Below the pieces are notes generated by a model that was not told where the DNA came from, did no database searches, and was given only the letters and a program-made list of their open reading frames with translations. A stretch of 64,000 nt of DNA, taken from positions 2,032 through 66,031 of the forward strand of contig JBAYUN010000004.1 in NCBI GenBank assembly GCA_041675085.1, written 5' to 3'. Shown here piece after piece: positions 38,124-48,276 of the stretch; positions within the stretch are counted from its first letter, which is position 1, and each line of letters opens with the position of its first letter. The position numbers and the translations under genes were made by a program. This stretch comes from Minisyncoccota bacterium. GTDB lineage: Bacteria; Patescibacteriota; Minisyncoccia; Phycocordibacterales; UBA9973.

Positions 38124-38630
38124 TTAAAATTTAAGATTATTCATCTTGCTAGACAATTTCTCTAATTTTTTAAAATCAGCTTTTGGTCCATCATTAGAAG
38201 ATATATAGCCTTCATATTTTTTAAAATAATCAGAATTATCACTTAAATACTGCTTCCAAATACCCTTTTTCATATGTGCGGTACCATGCATCGGTGTTAG
38301 TTTTATGTGGGCATGATCAATACCTGTCCCTTCCATAATTAAACCAACTCTACCAACATCTTTAAATACTTCAATAAGTTTCTTTGAAATTTTTTTAGAA
38401 ATTAACAAAAACTGACTTAATTCTTTATCAGGCATTTGCAGAACATCTGAACCATAATGCTTTTTCGGTATCACTACAGTAAACCCTTCGGTATTAGGAA
38501 AAGGAGACAACCAAGCCATGTATTTCTTATCTTCATAAATTTTACTATTACCCAAAGGTAACATTTTCCCAGATGCTATTTCACAAAAGATACACTTTCC
38601 TTCTTTGGTTTTTGAATCATATTTTGGCAT
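38124..38630 (-). CDS. HIT-family (histidine triad-like) protein
   Basis: CIFCEI near the N-terminus and a DHAHIKL His cluster. Confidence 0.5.
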   Translation of the reverse strand: MPKYDSKTKEGKCIFCEIASGKMLPLGNSKIYEDKKYMAWLSPFPNTEGFTVVIPKKHYGSDVLQMPDKELSQFLLISKKISKKLIEVFKDVGRVGLIMEGTGIDHAHIKLTPMHGTAHMKKGIWKQYLSDNSDYFKKYEGYISSNDGPKADFKKLEKLSSKMNNLKF

Positions 38631-38795
38631 TATTTAATTTTAACACTTTTAAGATTATTTTAATATACTGAACTTTATACTAAATAATTTTATTAATAAA
38701 TAAAAATACAAAAACCATTCCTCTGTTTGAGGAGTGGTTTTTGGAGAAATATTTATTTAGGAATATTATATTTTTGAAATTAAATTAAATGACGA

Positions 38796-39278
38796 TTATA
38801 AACCACCGATGCCCATACCCATCATGTGACCTATCTTTTTGCCTTTACCCTTTCCTGCTTTGTCACCCATTTTTTCTAAACGAGCTTGCATGAAAGTCAT
38901 ACGTGCATCTGCTTGAGCTTGCGTTATCACTCCTTTTGATACGAGAGTAGATAATTCGACTTTCATCTTTTCTTGTGCTGTGGCTTTCATCTTGGCTTTT
39001 AGTACTTCTTCGGTAATGCCTTTAGATTTAGCGAGTTCCATAAAACTAGTACCTTTAGACCAAGCTTCTTTGACTTCAGATACACTTAGGCCCAAGAGCT
39101 TAGCTTGTTCTTCGAACATGGTTTGATGCATGTTCGCTTTTTCTTCTACTGTAAATTTAGAAAACTGCCCCATACCGCTATTGCCTAAAAAGGCTGAAGC
39201 TGGAGAAGTAAAACCAAAATAAAAAGCTAAAGCGAACGCACCGAGACCGACATAAGATAATACTTTTTTATTTTTCAT
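38796..39278 (-). CDS. Secreted hypothetical protein (signal peptide, Lys/Gly-rich tail)
   Basis: 160-aa ORF. Confidence 0.45.
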   Translation of the reverse strand: MKNKKVLSYVGLGAFALAFYFGFTSPASAFLGNSGMGQFSKFTVEEKANMHQTMFEEQAKLLGLSVSEVKEAWSKGTSFMELAKSKGITEEVLKAKMKATAQEKMKVELSTLVSKGVITQAQADARMTFMQARLEKMGDKAGKGKGKKIGHMMGMGIGGL

Positions 39279-39369
39279 ATTTTTTGAATTTATCCTGATG
39301 TTAAGCAGGACAGAATTAGTTAATAATATTTAGCAGTGATATCTCCTGCTATATATTATTACAAGCGAG

Positions 39370-39942
39370 TTACTGAAATATTTCAATACGATATGTTCTC
39401 TGTATCTGAATATTCCCTTCGGGACGCATCATAGGTCTATTCTTAAAATCTATTTTTTGAATATCACCACGATAATATCTATGCATCGGACCAAAGACTG
39501 GCACACGAGGATCTTCGCCCCATCTAGGGATACGATTTTGTCTATCTATTTTTGCCATAACAAAACTAAATAAAACCACAAAGAAAACAAGTACAAATAA
39601 AGTATAAGCAATAGGCTTCTTGTAAACAAAAGAATATTTACGGACCAATATCTCTAAAACTAAAAGCATACCCAGAGAGAATAAAAATATTAGCCAAGGT
39701 AAAGAAAAAATAAATCTACTCCAAGCCAAGAATGATCCCGGATAACCACCAAAAGCTACTTTTTCTTTAAAAACTAAAACTAGAAAACTAGAAAAATACA
39801 ACACTATCAGAAAACCAACTATAAAAAACAAAATCTTTAAAAGAGATTTTAACACAAAATACCAACGAGGCTTCATCTTGATTTTGCCTTGTTCTATCAA
39901 GTCTGTTATCTTTTCTTCTATTTTTTTTATTTGCTCAGTCAT
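39370..39942 (-). CDS. Membrane protein; candidate anti-sigma factor (translationally coupled to the ECF sigma gene)
   Basis: Overlaps the sigma gene by 4 nt (ATGA) and has TM helices. Confidence 0.4.
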   Translation of the reverse strand: MTEQIKKIEEKITDLIEQGKIKMKPRWYFVLKSLLKILFFIVGFLIVLYFSSFLVLVFKEKVAFGGYPGSFLAWSRFIFSLPWLIFLFSLGMLLVLEILVRKYSFVYKKPIAYTLFVLVFFVVLFSFVMAKIDRQNRIPRWGEDPRVPVFGPMHRYYRGDIQKIDFKNRPMMRPEGNIQIQRTYRIEIFQ

Positions 39943-40526
39943 AAACTTTTATCTTTAATTAATACTTTTAATTTTTCTTTAGCACGAATTATACGTACAC
40001 CCACAGTAGATACAGGAATAGCCAAAACTTCTCCAATCTGTTTGTAGTCCATCTCTTCATAAAAATAAAGAACTAATACTTCGCGATATTTTGGGTCCAA
40101 TTTATTTAGATATTCTTCTAGTATCTTCTCGGTAAAAAAAGCTTCGGTATCAGTATCTGCTTTCTCAAAAGCTTCGGGATGCGGGAAAAAAGTATCAAAA
40201 TCTATTGGCAAAATCTTTTGGGTTATTTTCTTTCTTATCTGATTTACGAATTCATTGTGAGCTATGCGGTATATCCAAGGCGAGAATTTCCTCGACTCAT
40301 CAAAGCTTTGAATATTCTGAAAAGATTTGATAAAAACATCTTGGACCAAGTCTTCGATATCTACCCTATCTTGCATAAACTTTCTCGCATAACGCTTTAA
40401 TTTCTCTACATAACGACTTATCAATATCCCAAATTTTTCTGTATCTCCGTTCTTTATTTCTATGACTATTTCTTCATCTGTTTTGTCATTTAAAATGGCT
40501 TTTGGCTCCATTACTATATAATACAA
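39939..40526 (-). CDS. ECF-type RNA polymerase sigma factor
   Basis: Region 2 (DLVQDVFIKSF..FSPWIYRIAHNE) and region 4 (YREVLVLYFYEEMDYKQIGEVLAIPVSTVGVRIIRAKEKL). Confidence 0.8.
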   Translation of the reverse strand: MYYIVMEPKAILNDKTDEEIVIEIKNGDTEKFGILISRYVEKLKRYARKFMQDRVDIEDLVQDVFIKSFQNIQSFDESRKFSPWIYRIAHNEFVNQIRKKITQKILPIDFDTFFPHPEAFEKADTDTEAFFTEKILEEYLNKLDPKYREVLVLYFYEEMDYKQIGEVLAIPVSTVGVRIIRAKEKLKVLIKDKSL

Positions 40527-40595
40527 CTATTATTGGATTTTATTACAAAAGGCCTGGAATATAAATTCCAAGCCTTTTTGAGTTTTTCCAAAAAT

Positions 40596-41018
40596 TTAGT
40601 TGTTTTGGAACATGGTCTTTTTGAAATTGTCTATTGCTAGATCAATCTCTTCTTTGTGGAGGTTTATATCATAGTCAGGTATCTCTATAATTACACCAGA
40701 GAACACCCTAACAATAATATTTTTTTCTGCAAAAAAATTAATAAGGTTGTCGGCTAACTTAAGATATGAACCTTTGTGGGGTACGATTATCTCAATTTCA
40801 GCAAGGATCAAACCCTTCTCTTTCAACCAAGTCTCGCAAAACCCTATCGTATAGCACATAGAGTCTGCCATTCCGTCTTGAACTTCAGTACTAGCTAAAA
40901 CCCCAATAGGAACTTCAGCAGAAATTTTTAAAGCAAAACTAAGTTTGCATTTCCAATTTCCCAAATCAACAAGAGTAACTTGATCGACTGGGAACATTTC
41001 TAAACTATCACTGTCCAT
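40596..41018 (-). CDS. Hypothetical protein
   Basis: 140-aa ORF. Confidence 0.4.
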   Translation of the reverse strand: MDSDSLEMFPVDQVTLVDLGNWKCKLSFALKISAEVPIGVLASTEVQDGMADSMCYTIGFCETWLKEKGLILAEIEIIVPHKGSYLKLADNLINFFAEKNIIVRVFSGVIIEIPDYDINLHKEEIDLAIDNFKKTMFQNN

Positions 41019-41117
41019 ATATTTAATTGTTTTATTATGAAATTAAAAAACTTGTCTAATTTAATAGAAACATAATTTTTATAAAATGTCAATAATAAAA
41101 GATTCAGTTAACGATTG

Positions 41118-41191
41118 TCCGTCCTCATGGATTCGAACCATGGACCCCAGAGGTATAAGCTCTGTGCTCTAACCAACTGAGCTAAGGACGG
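41118..41191 (-). tRNA. tRNA with anticodon UAU (reads AUA), i.e. tRNA-Ile(UAU)
   Basis: Manual cloverleaf: acceptor CCGTCCT/AGGACGG, D-arm GCTC-AGTTGGTTA-GAGC, anticodon stem CAGAG/CTCTG with loop CTTATAC, T-arm CATGG-TTCGAAT-CCATG, discriminator A. Confidence 0.65.
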
Positions 41192-41245
41192 ATACACCCC
41201 TTTCGGGGCTTTGGTTACTATATATTTTTAACTTAAAAAACAAAT

Positions 41246-43141
41246 TTAAGCAACTTCTAATTCTTTCTTCTTTGGCATGATACCAAACACAGCGATAACT
41301 TTCTCATATTCTTCTTGCTCTAAAGTCTCTACTTCTATCAATTTATCTGCTATAGCTTTTAGAGCTTTTTGATTTTCTCTCAAAACTTCTTCTGCTTTTG
41401 CTAAAGCTCCGTGAATAATCTTTGAGACTTCGCTATCTATGACAGTTGAGACAGTTTCGGAATAAGGAGAATTATCTTTACCTTCACGTCCTCCAGCATA
41501 CGCCACAGGTCCCAATGCATCTGACATACCCCAGCGTGTAACCATAGCTTCGGCCATAGATTTAGCTCCTTGTAAGTCTGAAGAAGGACCAGTAGTCAAA
41601 TCTCCGAAGATCATTTTCTCAGCGACGTATCCGCCGAGAGACATAGCAATATCGTCTAAGAATTCTTTGCGGGATTGGAGTTTGCGGTCTTCGAGAGGAA
41701 GCTTTAAAGTATAACCTCCTGCAGAACCACGAGCAATAATAGAGACTTTGTGCACAGGGTCAGCATTCGGTAATACAGAAGCGACTAGGGCATGACCTGC
41801 TTCATGATAAGCAGTAATTTCTTTTTCTTTCTTAGAAAGTAAATGACTCTTTCTCTCAGGTCCAAGCATGACTTTTTCTATCGCACGGATAAGGTCGAAT
41901 TGAGAAACTTTTTTCCTATTTTCACGTGCTGCTAGTATCGCGCCTTCGTTCATAACAGAATGCAAATCCGCTCCTGAGAATCCAGGAGTACGTTCGGCAA
42001 TAGTTTTAAAATTAATATCTTCAGCTAAAGGTTTCTTCAATGAGTGAATTTTCAATATTTCTTCGCGGTCATTGCGGTCTGGTAGATCTAGCATAACTTT
42101 ACGATCAAAACGGCCTGGGCGGACTAGAGCTGGGTCCAAGACGTCGGGTCTATTAGTAGCAGCCATAACTATGACTTTATCTGTAGGTTCGAATCCGTCC
42201 ATCTCAACAAGGATTTGGTTCAAAGTTTGCTCACGCTCATCGTTACCTCCTCCGTATCCCCCTCCACGCACGCGACCGATAGCATCTATCTCATCTACGA
42301 AAATAATAGCCGGTGCTGCACGTTTTGCCATCTTGAAAAGATCACGTACACGAGAAGCTCCAACTCCGACGAACATTTCTACGAATTCAGACCCAGAAAG
42401 GTGAAAAAAAGGTACTCCCGCCTCTCCGGCGACTGCACGAGCGAGCATGGTCTTACCTGTACCTGGAGCTCCATTTAGCATAACTCCTTTGGGAATACGA
42501 GCTCCAATATCTAAGAATTTCTTTGGGCTTTTTAGGAAATCTACGATTTCTTTCAATTCTTCTTTCGCTTCTTTGGCTCCAGCTACGTCTTTGAAAGTCA
42601 CTCTGTTGTTCTTGTCATTTGGATCAGTGATGCGGGCTTTGGATTGACCGAAAGTAAAAGCTTGCATACCTTGACCTTTGACCTGACGAGATAGGTACCA
42701 GAAGAAAAATACAATAAATAGTATCGGCAATAAGAAAGGTAAAATATTGAGAAGTACGACTAAAGCTCCGCTAGGATTTTTAATCGCTATTTCTACAATA
42801 GATAGAGACTCTTTGTCTACGCCATAGTTATATAAAGTTTGAGACAAACTGGACTCAACTTCTTTTTTAGATTCTTTGGTAGTCTCGTCGTTATAAACTA
42901 TTTGAAGCTTCTCGCCTTCTACTGTTATCTTCTTTACCTCACCTAGAGAGACATCACTCGCAAGTTGTGAGATCGGTATCTCGACTACTGGAGTACCTGA
43001 TTTATCAAGTATCAAATACAATGCTGTCAGAAGCATAAATATTAAAATAGTAGTGACGATACTACCTGAGAGACTGCTCCCCTCTTTTTTGTCTTTGTTG
43101 TTATTATTGTCGTCTTTTTTATTTAAAAATTTAAAATCCAT
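41246..43141 (-). CDS. ftsH: ATP-dependent zinc metalloprotease FtsH
   Basis: GAPGTGKT Walker A, second region of homology (SRH), and the HEAGHA zinc site. Confidence 0.95.
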   Translation of the reverse strand: MDFKFLNKKDDNNNNKDKKEGSSLSGSIVTTILIFMLLTALYLILDKSGTPVVEIPISQLASDVSLGEVKKITVEGEKLQIVYNDETTKESKKEVESSLSQTLYNYGVDKESLSIVEIAIKNPSGALVVLLNILPFLLPILFIVFFFWYLSRQVKGQGMQAFTFGQSKARITDPNDKNNRVTFKDVAGAKEAKEELKEIVDFLKSPKKFLDIGARIPKGVMLNGAPGTGKTMLARAVAGEAGVPFFHLSGSEFVEMFVGVGASRVRDLFKMAKRAAPAIIFVDEIDAIGRVRGGGYGGGNDEREQTLNQILVEMDGFEPTDKVIVMAATNRPDVLDPALVRPGRFDRKVMLDLPDRNDREEILKIHSLKKPLAEDINFKTIAERTPGFSGADLHSVMNEGAILAARENRKKVSQFDLIRAIEKVMLGPERKSHLLSKKEKEITAYHEAGHALVASVLPNADPVHKVSIIARGSAGGYTLKLPLEDRKLQSRKEFLDDIAMSLGGYVAEKMIFGDLTTGPSSDLQGAKSMAEAMVTRWGMSDALGPVAYAGGREGKDNSPYSETVSTVIDSEVSKIIHGALAKAEEVLRENQKALKAIADKLIEVETLEQEEYEKVIAVFGIMPKKKELEVA

Positions 43142-43345
43142 AGACTATATAATAACATAAAATTTGAGAAAATTAAAGGATAAAAAACCGACTTTTAAAT
43201 GTTGGGTTTTGGGTAGAGTTTTGTGATACTCCGCTCGTTTGTACTCGCGGAGTCCTACAAAAATATAATTCTTTTTTGGTTTTGTGGCGCCGTATGATTA
43301 CATACGGCATCCTACAAAAATATAGTCGCTATGCTCCTTATTTTT

Positions 43346-43746
43346 GTGGAGATGACGGGAATTGAACCCGTGTGCAAAAGATGACTATATTAAAATCTAC
43401 ATGTGTAGCTTGTTTATATTTTTAAATTAAAAAATTCTTAAAGAAGCAAAATATTTTTTAATCGAGCTTGAATTTTCATAAATACGTTCAGCACGTGTAT
43501 CTCTTATCCCGATAATATTTTGCCAGTTTTCATATATCGGAAGTCTATGAAACTGACACCAACCTGCGCGCTTAGGCGAAAGCTGGAGCGAAAGCAAAGT
43601 CCTTCATACCGAAGTATGGAGAAACTCCTGCCTTAACCTTAGAAGCTAATTTTGCAATTAGACATTTGAACTTTGATTTACGAGAAAACTTCCCTACTCG
43701 ACATGCATTAATATAGCGAGACCTCTTGTCTATGCCTTGCATCCCC
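43346..43746 (-). ncRNA. ssrA: tmRNA (SsrA), tag reading frame ..GMKDFAFAPAFA*
   Basis: 5' GGGGATGCAAGG.. pairs with the 3' ..CATCTCCAC acceptor; the T-arm is GGGTTCAATTCCCG; the in-frame tag ends AFA then TAA; it lies next to smpB. Confidence 0.75.
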
Positions 43747-43835
43747 CTAAAACACTTGCTAAGCAAGTGTTCGGGCGATCCGCCAAGGGCGGATTTAGCC
43801 ATAAAACCTGTTTAGCACAGTGCGTGACAAATATT

Positions 43836-44096
43836 TTATTTCAAATTGTCAAAATACTTCTGGCGCAATTTTTTCTTAAACCGCGCAGACCATAAGCTCT
43901 TTAAATATCTTTCTCTTTGAAAAGCTTCTGTTTTGTCAGAAATCTCTTCATGGTATAAAAGTTCTAATGGTCTACGTACTTTTGTTGCTTCCACAAAACC
44001 AGAATTATGTCTATGTAATCTGTTTTTTATATCTTGAGTACAGCCAACATATAATTTTCCATCTTTTTTACTTATAAGGATATAAACATAATACAT
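43836..44096 (-). CDS. GIY-YIG nuclease-domain protein
   Basis: YYVYIL..DGKLYVGCTQDIKNRLHRHN. Confidence 0.7.
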   Translation of the reverse strand: MYYVYILISKKDGKLYVGCTQDIKNRLHRHNSGFVEATKVRRPLELLYHEEISDKTEAFQRERYLKSLWSARFKKKLRQKYFDNLK

Positions 44097-44104
44097 AAAA
44101 TTAT

Positions 44105-44548
44105 TTATCTCTTGTATTCTCGACGCAACTCTCTATCTGTCTCGCGTTTCTTGGTAGTCTCGCGTTTGTCGTGTTGCTTTTTACCCTTTACTAGGGCTAT
44201 CTCTATCTTGATTTTACGTCCTTTATTATACAGTGAAATAGGTATTATTGTCAAACTCTTATTCTTCTCACTTTCAGCGAGTTCGGCTATCTCTTTTTTA
44301 GTTAAAAGGATTTTACGATTGCGTAAGGGATTATAATCCTTGGGAGCGTTTTTAGGCTGATAAGGGTCGATATTTGCATTGATCAAGAAAACTTCACCTC
44401 CACGCACGATAACAAAGGCCCCTTCTAAAGACATACGTCCGCCTCGTACGGATTTCACTTCATTGCCCTCGAGCTCTATTCCGCCTTCGTATTTCTCAAG
44501 GACTTCATAGTTAAAGTGAGCTTTTCTATTTTGGATATATGCGACCAT
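44105..44548 (-). CDS. smpB: SsrA-binding protein SmpB
   Basis: NRKAHFNYEV..EGIELEGNEVKS signature. Confidence 0.9.
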   Translation of the reverse strand: MVAYIQNRKAHFNYEVLEKYEGGIELEGNEVKSVRGGRMSLEGAFVIVRGGEVFLINANIDPYQPKNAPKDYNPLRNRKILLTKKEIAELAESEKNKSLTIIPISLYNKGRKIKIEIALVKGKKQHDKRETTKKRETDRELRREYKR

Positions 44549-44966
44549 ATTGTTATCTTAACATAAACAAAAGTTGTCCACACATAAAATTGTCAGAAAA
44601 TTGTATTGGTGATACTATTTTAAATATACATTGTTCTTTTTCTTCACCTAAAATTTAATAAAGCATGAATACAACAAATTAACGTTTTTTTATCACGTAG
44701 TGCCTTTCAATGATAGCTCACAACATCTTGTATGAAGTGAGCTATTTTTATTGATCTTAAAATGAAAAAAAGTTATCCACAGTTAGTATTGAGTTTTTAA
44801 AATAAAAGTATACACTCTTATTTATATAAGGTTCTTTGTAAACAGACTTGGAGATAAGTGAAAATAAGATATAAAAAGTTAGCTCGCCTTGTGCTTAAAA
44901 ATTTTGAGCTTAAAGCGAGTTAACTCTTTTATTTAATTTTATTTAATCACCTTTAAATCTTTAGTT

Positions 44967-45371
44967 ATGAAGCATTTAATTATGTTCCTCTTTCTTATTG
45001 GCTTTGGTACAACCTTTGCCATACCGCCAACAATTTCAACATCAGACAATAATGATGTGGCAAAAATTAGCTGTGTAAGTCAAGCATTAACAGCTGGGGT
45101 TTCGAATTTTCAGATGACAGACGCGACGTTTACAGTCGATGCTGTCCCAATTTCTTTTTCTGGTTGTTTATTAAACCAAGCACAAGATTGCAATGTTGAA
45201 GATTTGCAATCAAATAATGCTGTTATGGTTGAAAAAACGAAGGCTGTGGTTACGAAGTATCAGGTAGGGGCTCTCTCCTTTAAAACTGAAGCTGATATTA
45301 ATGCTTCACAAAATTTGAAAGGTAAAATAATTGCAATCTCCCTGCCTGCCCAGAAAATTTTTTCGTCTTGA
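44967..45371 (+). CDS. Secreted hypothetical protein
   Basis: 134 aa with a signal peptide. Confidence 0.45.
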   Translation: MKHLIMFLFLIGFGTTFAIPPTISTSDNNDVAKISCVSQALTAGVSNFQMTDATFTVDAVPISFSGCLLNQAQDCNVEDLQSNNAVMVEKTKAVVTKYQVGALSFKTEADINASQNLKGKIIAISLPAQKIFSS

Positions 45372-45678
45372 GCCTCCAGGAAATTTAGGAGGCAAAAATT
45401 CGAAATTTTTTTTACTCTATAAAGAGTTCACTTCGGCAAGCCTGCAATTCGCAGGCACAACAGCAACCAACCAAGTCGGGTACTGATTAGCGAAAGCAGA
45501 TCAACAAAAAAAATTTAGTCTTTTAATAAGACAAAAGAGTTTAAGTAGTTTATTTAAACCAAAATTTATTTTTATTTAAATATAATGAAAAAACAAATTA
45601 GCTAAACGCTAAACCTTAGAGCCTTACGTAAGTAAGGCTCTTTTTTTATTTCCTATTTTTATATGTTAAAATTAAGGC

Positions 45679-47055
45679 ATGCCAATAAAACCAACTTTTA
45701 CAGTTTCTGGATACAGAGGTGTCTGGGGAGATACCATGAATACAGAGATAGCGAGCCTTTATGCTCGTGCTTTTATTAAATTTTTAAAACATGATCAAGA
45801 AAATATTCGTCCAAAGATATTAATAGGACGAGACGGACGCGAGAGTGGACCGGAGATAAAAGAAGCAATAATAAAAGAACTTATCAAATACGGAGTGGAT
45901 TTCGTAGATGGAGAGATACTCCCTACCCCGACTGTTATGTTCTCAGTCAGAAAGCACGGCTATGACGGAGCGATAATAATCACCGCAAGTCATAATCCAA
46001 TAGAATACAACGGCTTAAAATTTGTAAACAACAAAGCATTCTTTTTAGAAGAACATGAAGCAACAAAAATAAATAGTTATATGCAGGCGGACGAAGATAT
46101 GTTAGCAGACAAGACTCCAGGTACATGCATCAACGATGTTATGGAAATTCCCAACTTTACAAAAGAGCATGGCGACAAGATAGTAGAGAGCGTAGACAAA
46201 TTCCTAATCCGAGACAAAGCTTTTAGGGTTGCTGTCGATATGATAAATGCTTCGGCTTGCGAAGTCGACCCTTATCTCTTTGGAGAGCTTGGCGTTGAAT
46301 TAGTACCGATAAACAATATTCCAAATGGTAAATTTGCTCACAAACCTGAACCAAATACCGAAAACTTAAAAGACGTATCAGAGTTTGTTAAAAATTCTAA
46401 TGTGGACTTAGGTTTTGTTCACGACCCTGACGCCGACAGATTGGTAGTCATAGACGAACATGGAGAAGTAGTCTTTGAAGAATACACTCTAGCTCTTTGT
46501 GTGGAAAATATATTATCCAAGAATCCAAATCAAAAAATTGCTATCAATCTCTCTACTTCTAGGATGAGTCTCGATATAGCAGAAAAATACGACAGCACTT
46601 GCTATATGGCAAAAGTCGGCGAACCTAATGTAGTCAGAGAAATGATAAAAAATAATACAATTATCGGAGGTGAAGGTAACGGCGGAGTTATCTACCCTAC
46701 TGTCAATCTCGCTCGTGATAGTTTTGTAGGTATAGCTTTGATATTAGAGCTCTTGGCTATGAGAGATCAAAAAGTGAGTGAAGTTATCGCAACCTTACCA
46801 AAACATTTTATGAAAAAAGGAAAATATCCTATGACCGAAGCACTCGATAATAAGATAAATAAACTCAAAGAGCGTTTCAGTGAAGCAAAAAGTATCGAGA
46901 TAGATGGGGTAAGGCTCGACTTTCCTGATAAAGCTTGGCTACACTTGCACCCTTCAAATACGGAGCCAATATTCCGACTATATGGAGAAGCTAGCACGAG
47001 CGAGCGAATCGAGGAGCTTTTTGCCCAAGCCGAGTTGACTTTTGAGTCTAATTAG
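45679..47055 (+). CDS. Phosphohexomutase (phosphoglucosamine mutase / phosphomannomutase family)
   Basis: Active-site TASHNP and metal site FVHDPDADR. Confidence 0.8.
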   Translation: MPIKPTFTVSGYRGVWGDTMNTEIASLYARAFIKFLKHDQENIRPKILIGRDGRESGPEIKEAIIKELIKYGVDFVDGEILPTPTVMFSVRKHGYDGAIIITASHNPIEYNGLKFVNNKAFFLEEHEATKINSYMQADEDMLADKTPGTCINDVMEIPNFTKEHGDKIVESVDKFLIRDKAFRVAVDMINASACEVDPYLFGELGVELVPINNIPNGKFAHKPEPNTENLKDVSEFVKNSNVDLGFVHDPDADRLVVIDEHGEVVFEEYTLALCVENILSKNPNQKIAINLSTSRMSLDIAEKYDSTCYMAKVGEPNVVREMIKNNTIIGGEGNGGVIYPTVNLARDSFVGIALILELLAMRDQKVSEVIATLPKHFMKKGKYPMTEALDNKINKLKERFSEAKSIEIDGVRLDFPDKAWLHLHPSNTEPIFRLYGEASTSERIEELFAQAELTFESN

Positions 47056-47085
47056 GCTAAAATCTTCAAGAACCAAAAAAATAAA

Positions 47086-47592
47086 TTGCGAGAAAGAATA
47101 AACAACCAAATACGAGCAAAAGAACTACGAGTTATAGATAGTAACAATGATAATCTCGGTGTCTTAAGCCTAAAAGATGCTTTGGAGCTGGCAATGAAGC
47201 AAGGTCTTGATTTGATAGAAATATCTGCAACCTCAAATCCCCCAGTCGCAAGAATAACAGATTTTGGAAAGTATCAGTACGAAGCCAACAAGAAATTAAA
47301 GAAAGCTCGTGCAAATGCAAGTTCTACTGAAACCAAATCTATCCAAATCAAAATAGGTACAGGAGATCATGACTTGGAATTAAAAGCAAAAACTGCTTCT
47401 AAATGGTTGAAAGAAGGTCACAGAATTAAAATCGAACTTTTCTTGGCTGGACGTGCAAAATATATGGACGAAAGGTTCTTGAGAGAAAGATTAGAAAGGG
47501 TTTTACATTTTATAACAGAGGAATACAAAATATCTGATGGAATAAAAAAAGGACCGAAAGGATTATTGATCACAATAGAGAAAGCTAAATAG
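47086..47592 (+). CDS. infC: Translation initiation factor IF-3 (non-ATG start, as is usual for infC)
   Basis: IN.QIRAKELRVID.. N-domain and C-domain, lying upstream of rpmI-rplT. Confidence 0.9.
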   Translation: MRERINNQIRAKELRVIDSNNDNLGVLSLKDALELAMKQGLDLIEISATSNPPVARITDFGKYQYEANKKLKKARANASSTETKSIQIKIGTGDHDLELKAKTASKWLKEGHRIKIELFLAGRAKYMDERFLRERLERVLHFITEEYKISDGIKKGPKGLLITIEKAK

Positions 47593-47623
47593 TTATAAAG
47601 TAATAAAAACACAAAACAATTTT

Positions 47624-47812
47624 ATGATGAAAACAAATAAAAGTTTCGCAAAAAGATTAAAGCTGACAAAGACTGGGAAAGTTATTGCTAGAAAAGCGGG
47701 CTTCAACCACTTTAATGCTAAGCAATCAAGAACAACCCAGCTTGCTGGACGTAAAGGTCAAAATTTCGTAATTAAAAACAAACCTAAGAGTCATTTATTG
47801 CCTTTTAGTTAG
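47624..47812 (+). CDS. rpmI: 50S ribosomal protein L35
   Basis: 62 aa, basic, with the L35 signature. Confidence 0.9.
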   Translation: MMKTNKSFAKRLKLTKTGKVIARKAGFNHFNAKQSRTTQLAGRKGQNFVIKNKPKSHLLPFS

Positions 47813-47874
47813 AAAATATTTAATAACAGTTAATATAATTAGTGATTTTCGTAGAAAACGAATAATATAAAACA

Positions 47875-48219
47875 ATGACAAGAGTAAAAAAGGGAGTACA
47901 TGCATTAAAAAGAAGAAGAAGCGTATTGAAGCAAACAAAAGGTTTCCGCCATGGTAGAAGTACAAAAGAACGTCAAGCAAAAGACGCTCTACTTCACTCA
48001 GGTAACTACGCTTTCGCTCACAGAAAAGACAAGAAAGCAGATTTTAGAACTCTATGGAATATCAAGATTAACGCAGGTTCTAGAGAAGTAGGTATGACTT
48101 ATTCTAAACTTATAGCTTCTCTGAAGACTAACAAAGTTGTATTGGATAGAAAAATACTTGCAGACTTGGCTGAAAACAACGTTGATACATTCAAAAGAGT
48201 ATTAGCTTCACTTAAATAA
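47875..48219 (+). CDS. rplT: 50S ribosomal protein L20
   Basis: L20 signature. Confidence 0.95.
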   Translation: MTRVKKGVHALKRRRSVLKQTKGFRHGRSTKERQAKDALLHSGNYAFAHRKDKKADFRTLWNIKINAGSREVGMTYSKLIASLKTNKVVLDRKILADLAENNVDTFKRVLASLK

Positions 48220-48228
48220 AAATTAAAA

Positions 48229-48257
48229 AACCTCTCAACACTGAGAGGTTTTTTAAT
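48229..48257 (+). terminator. Rho-independent terminator after rplT (cctctcaacactgagagg + T6)
   Basis: Seen directly in the sequence. Confidence 0.65.
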
Positions 48258-48276
48258 TTGAGATTGTGTTAATTTA

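Noticed and set aside
43572-43802. 76-aa ORF on the minus strand
   Set aside because: It lies entirely within the tmRNA gene. Only its last roughly 12 codons (the tag reading frame) are meaningful.
44549-44966. Chromosomal origin (oriC), suggested by two DnaA-box nonamers in a 420-bp AT-rich divergent region plus many DnaA boxes in the island
   Set aside because: There is no dnaA or dnaN, and no dense cluster of boxes within a few hundred bp. Most of the boxes are simply the 5' arm of the REP element.
45430-45510. Signal recognition particle RNA (4.5S)
   Set aside because: There is only a loose resemblance to helix 8 (CCAaGUCgGG .. GAAAGCAG). No symmetric or asymmetric loop pairing or 5'/3' closing helix could be drawn.
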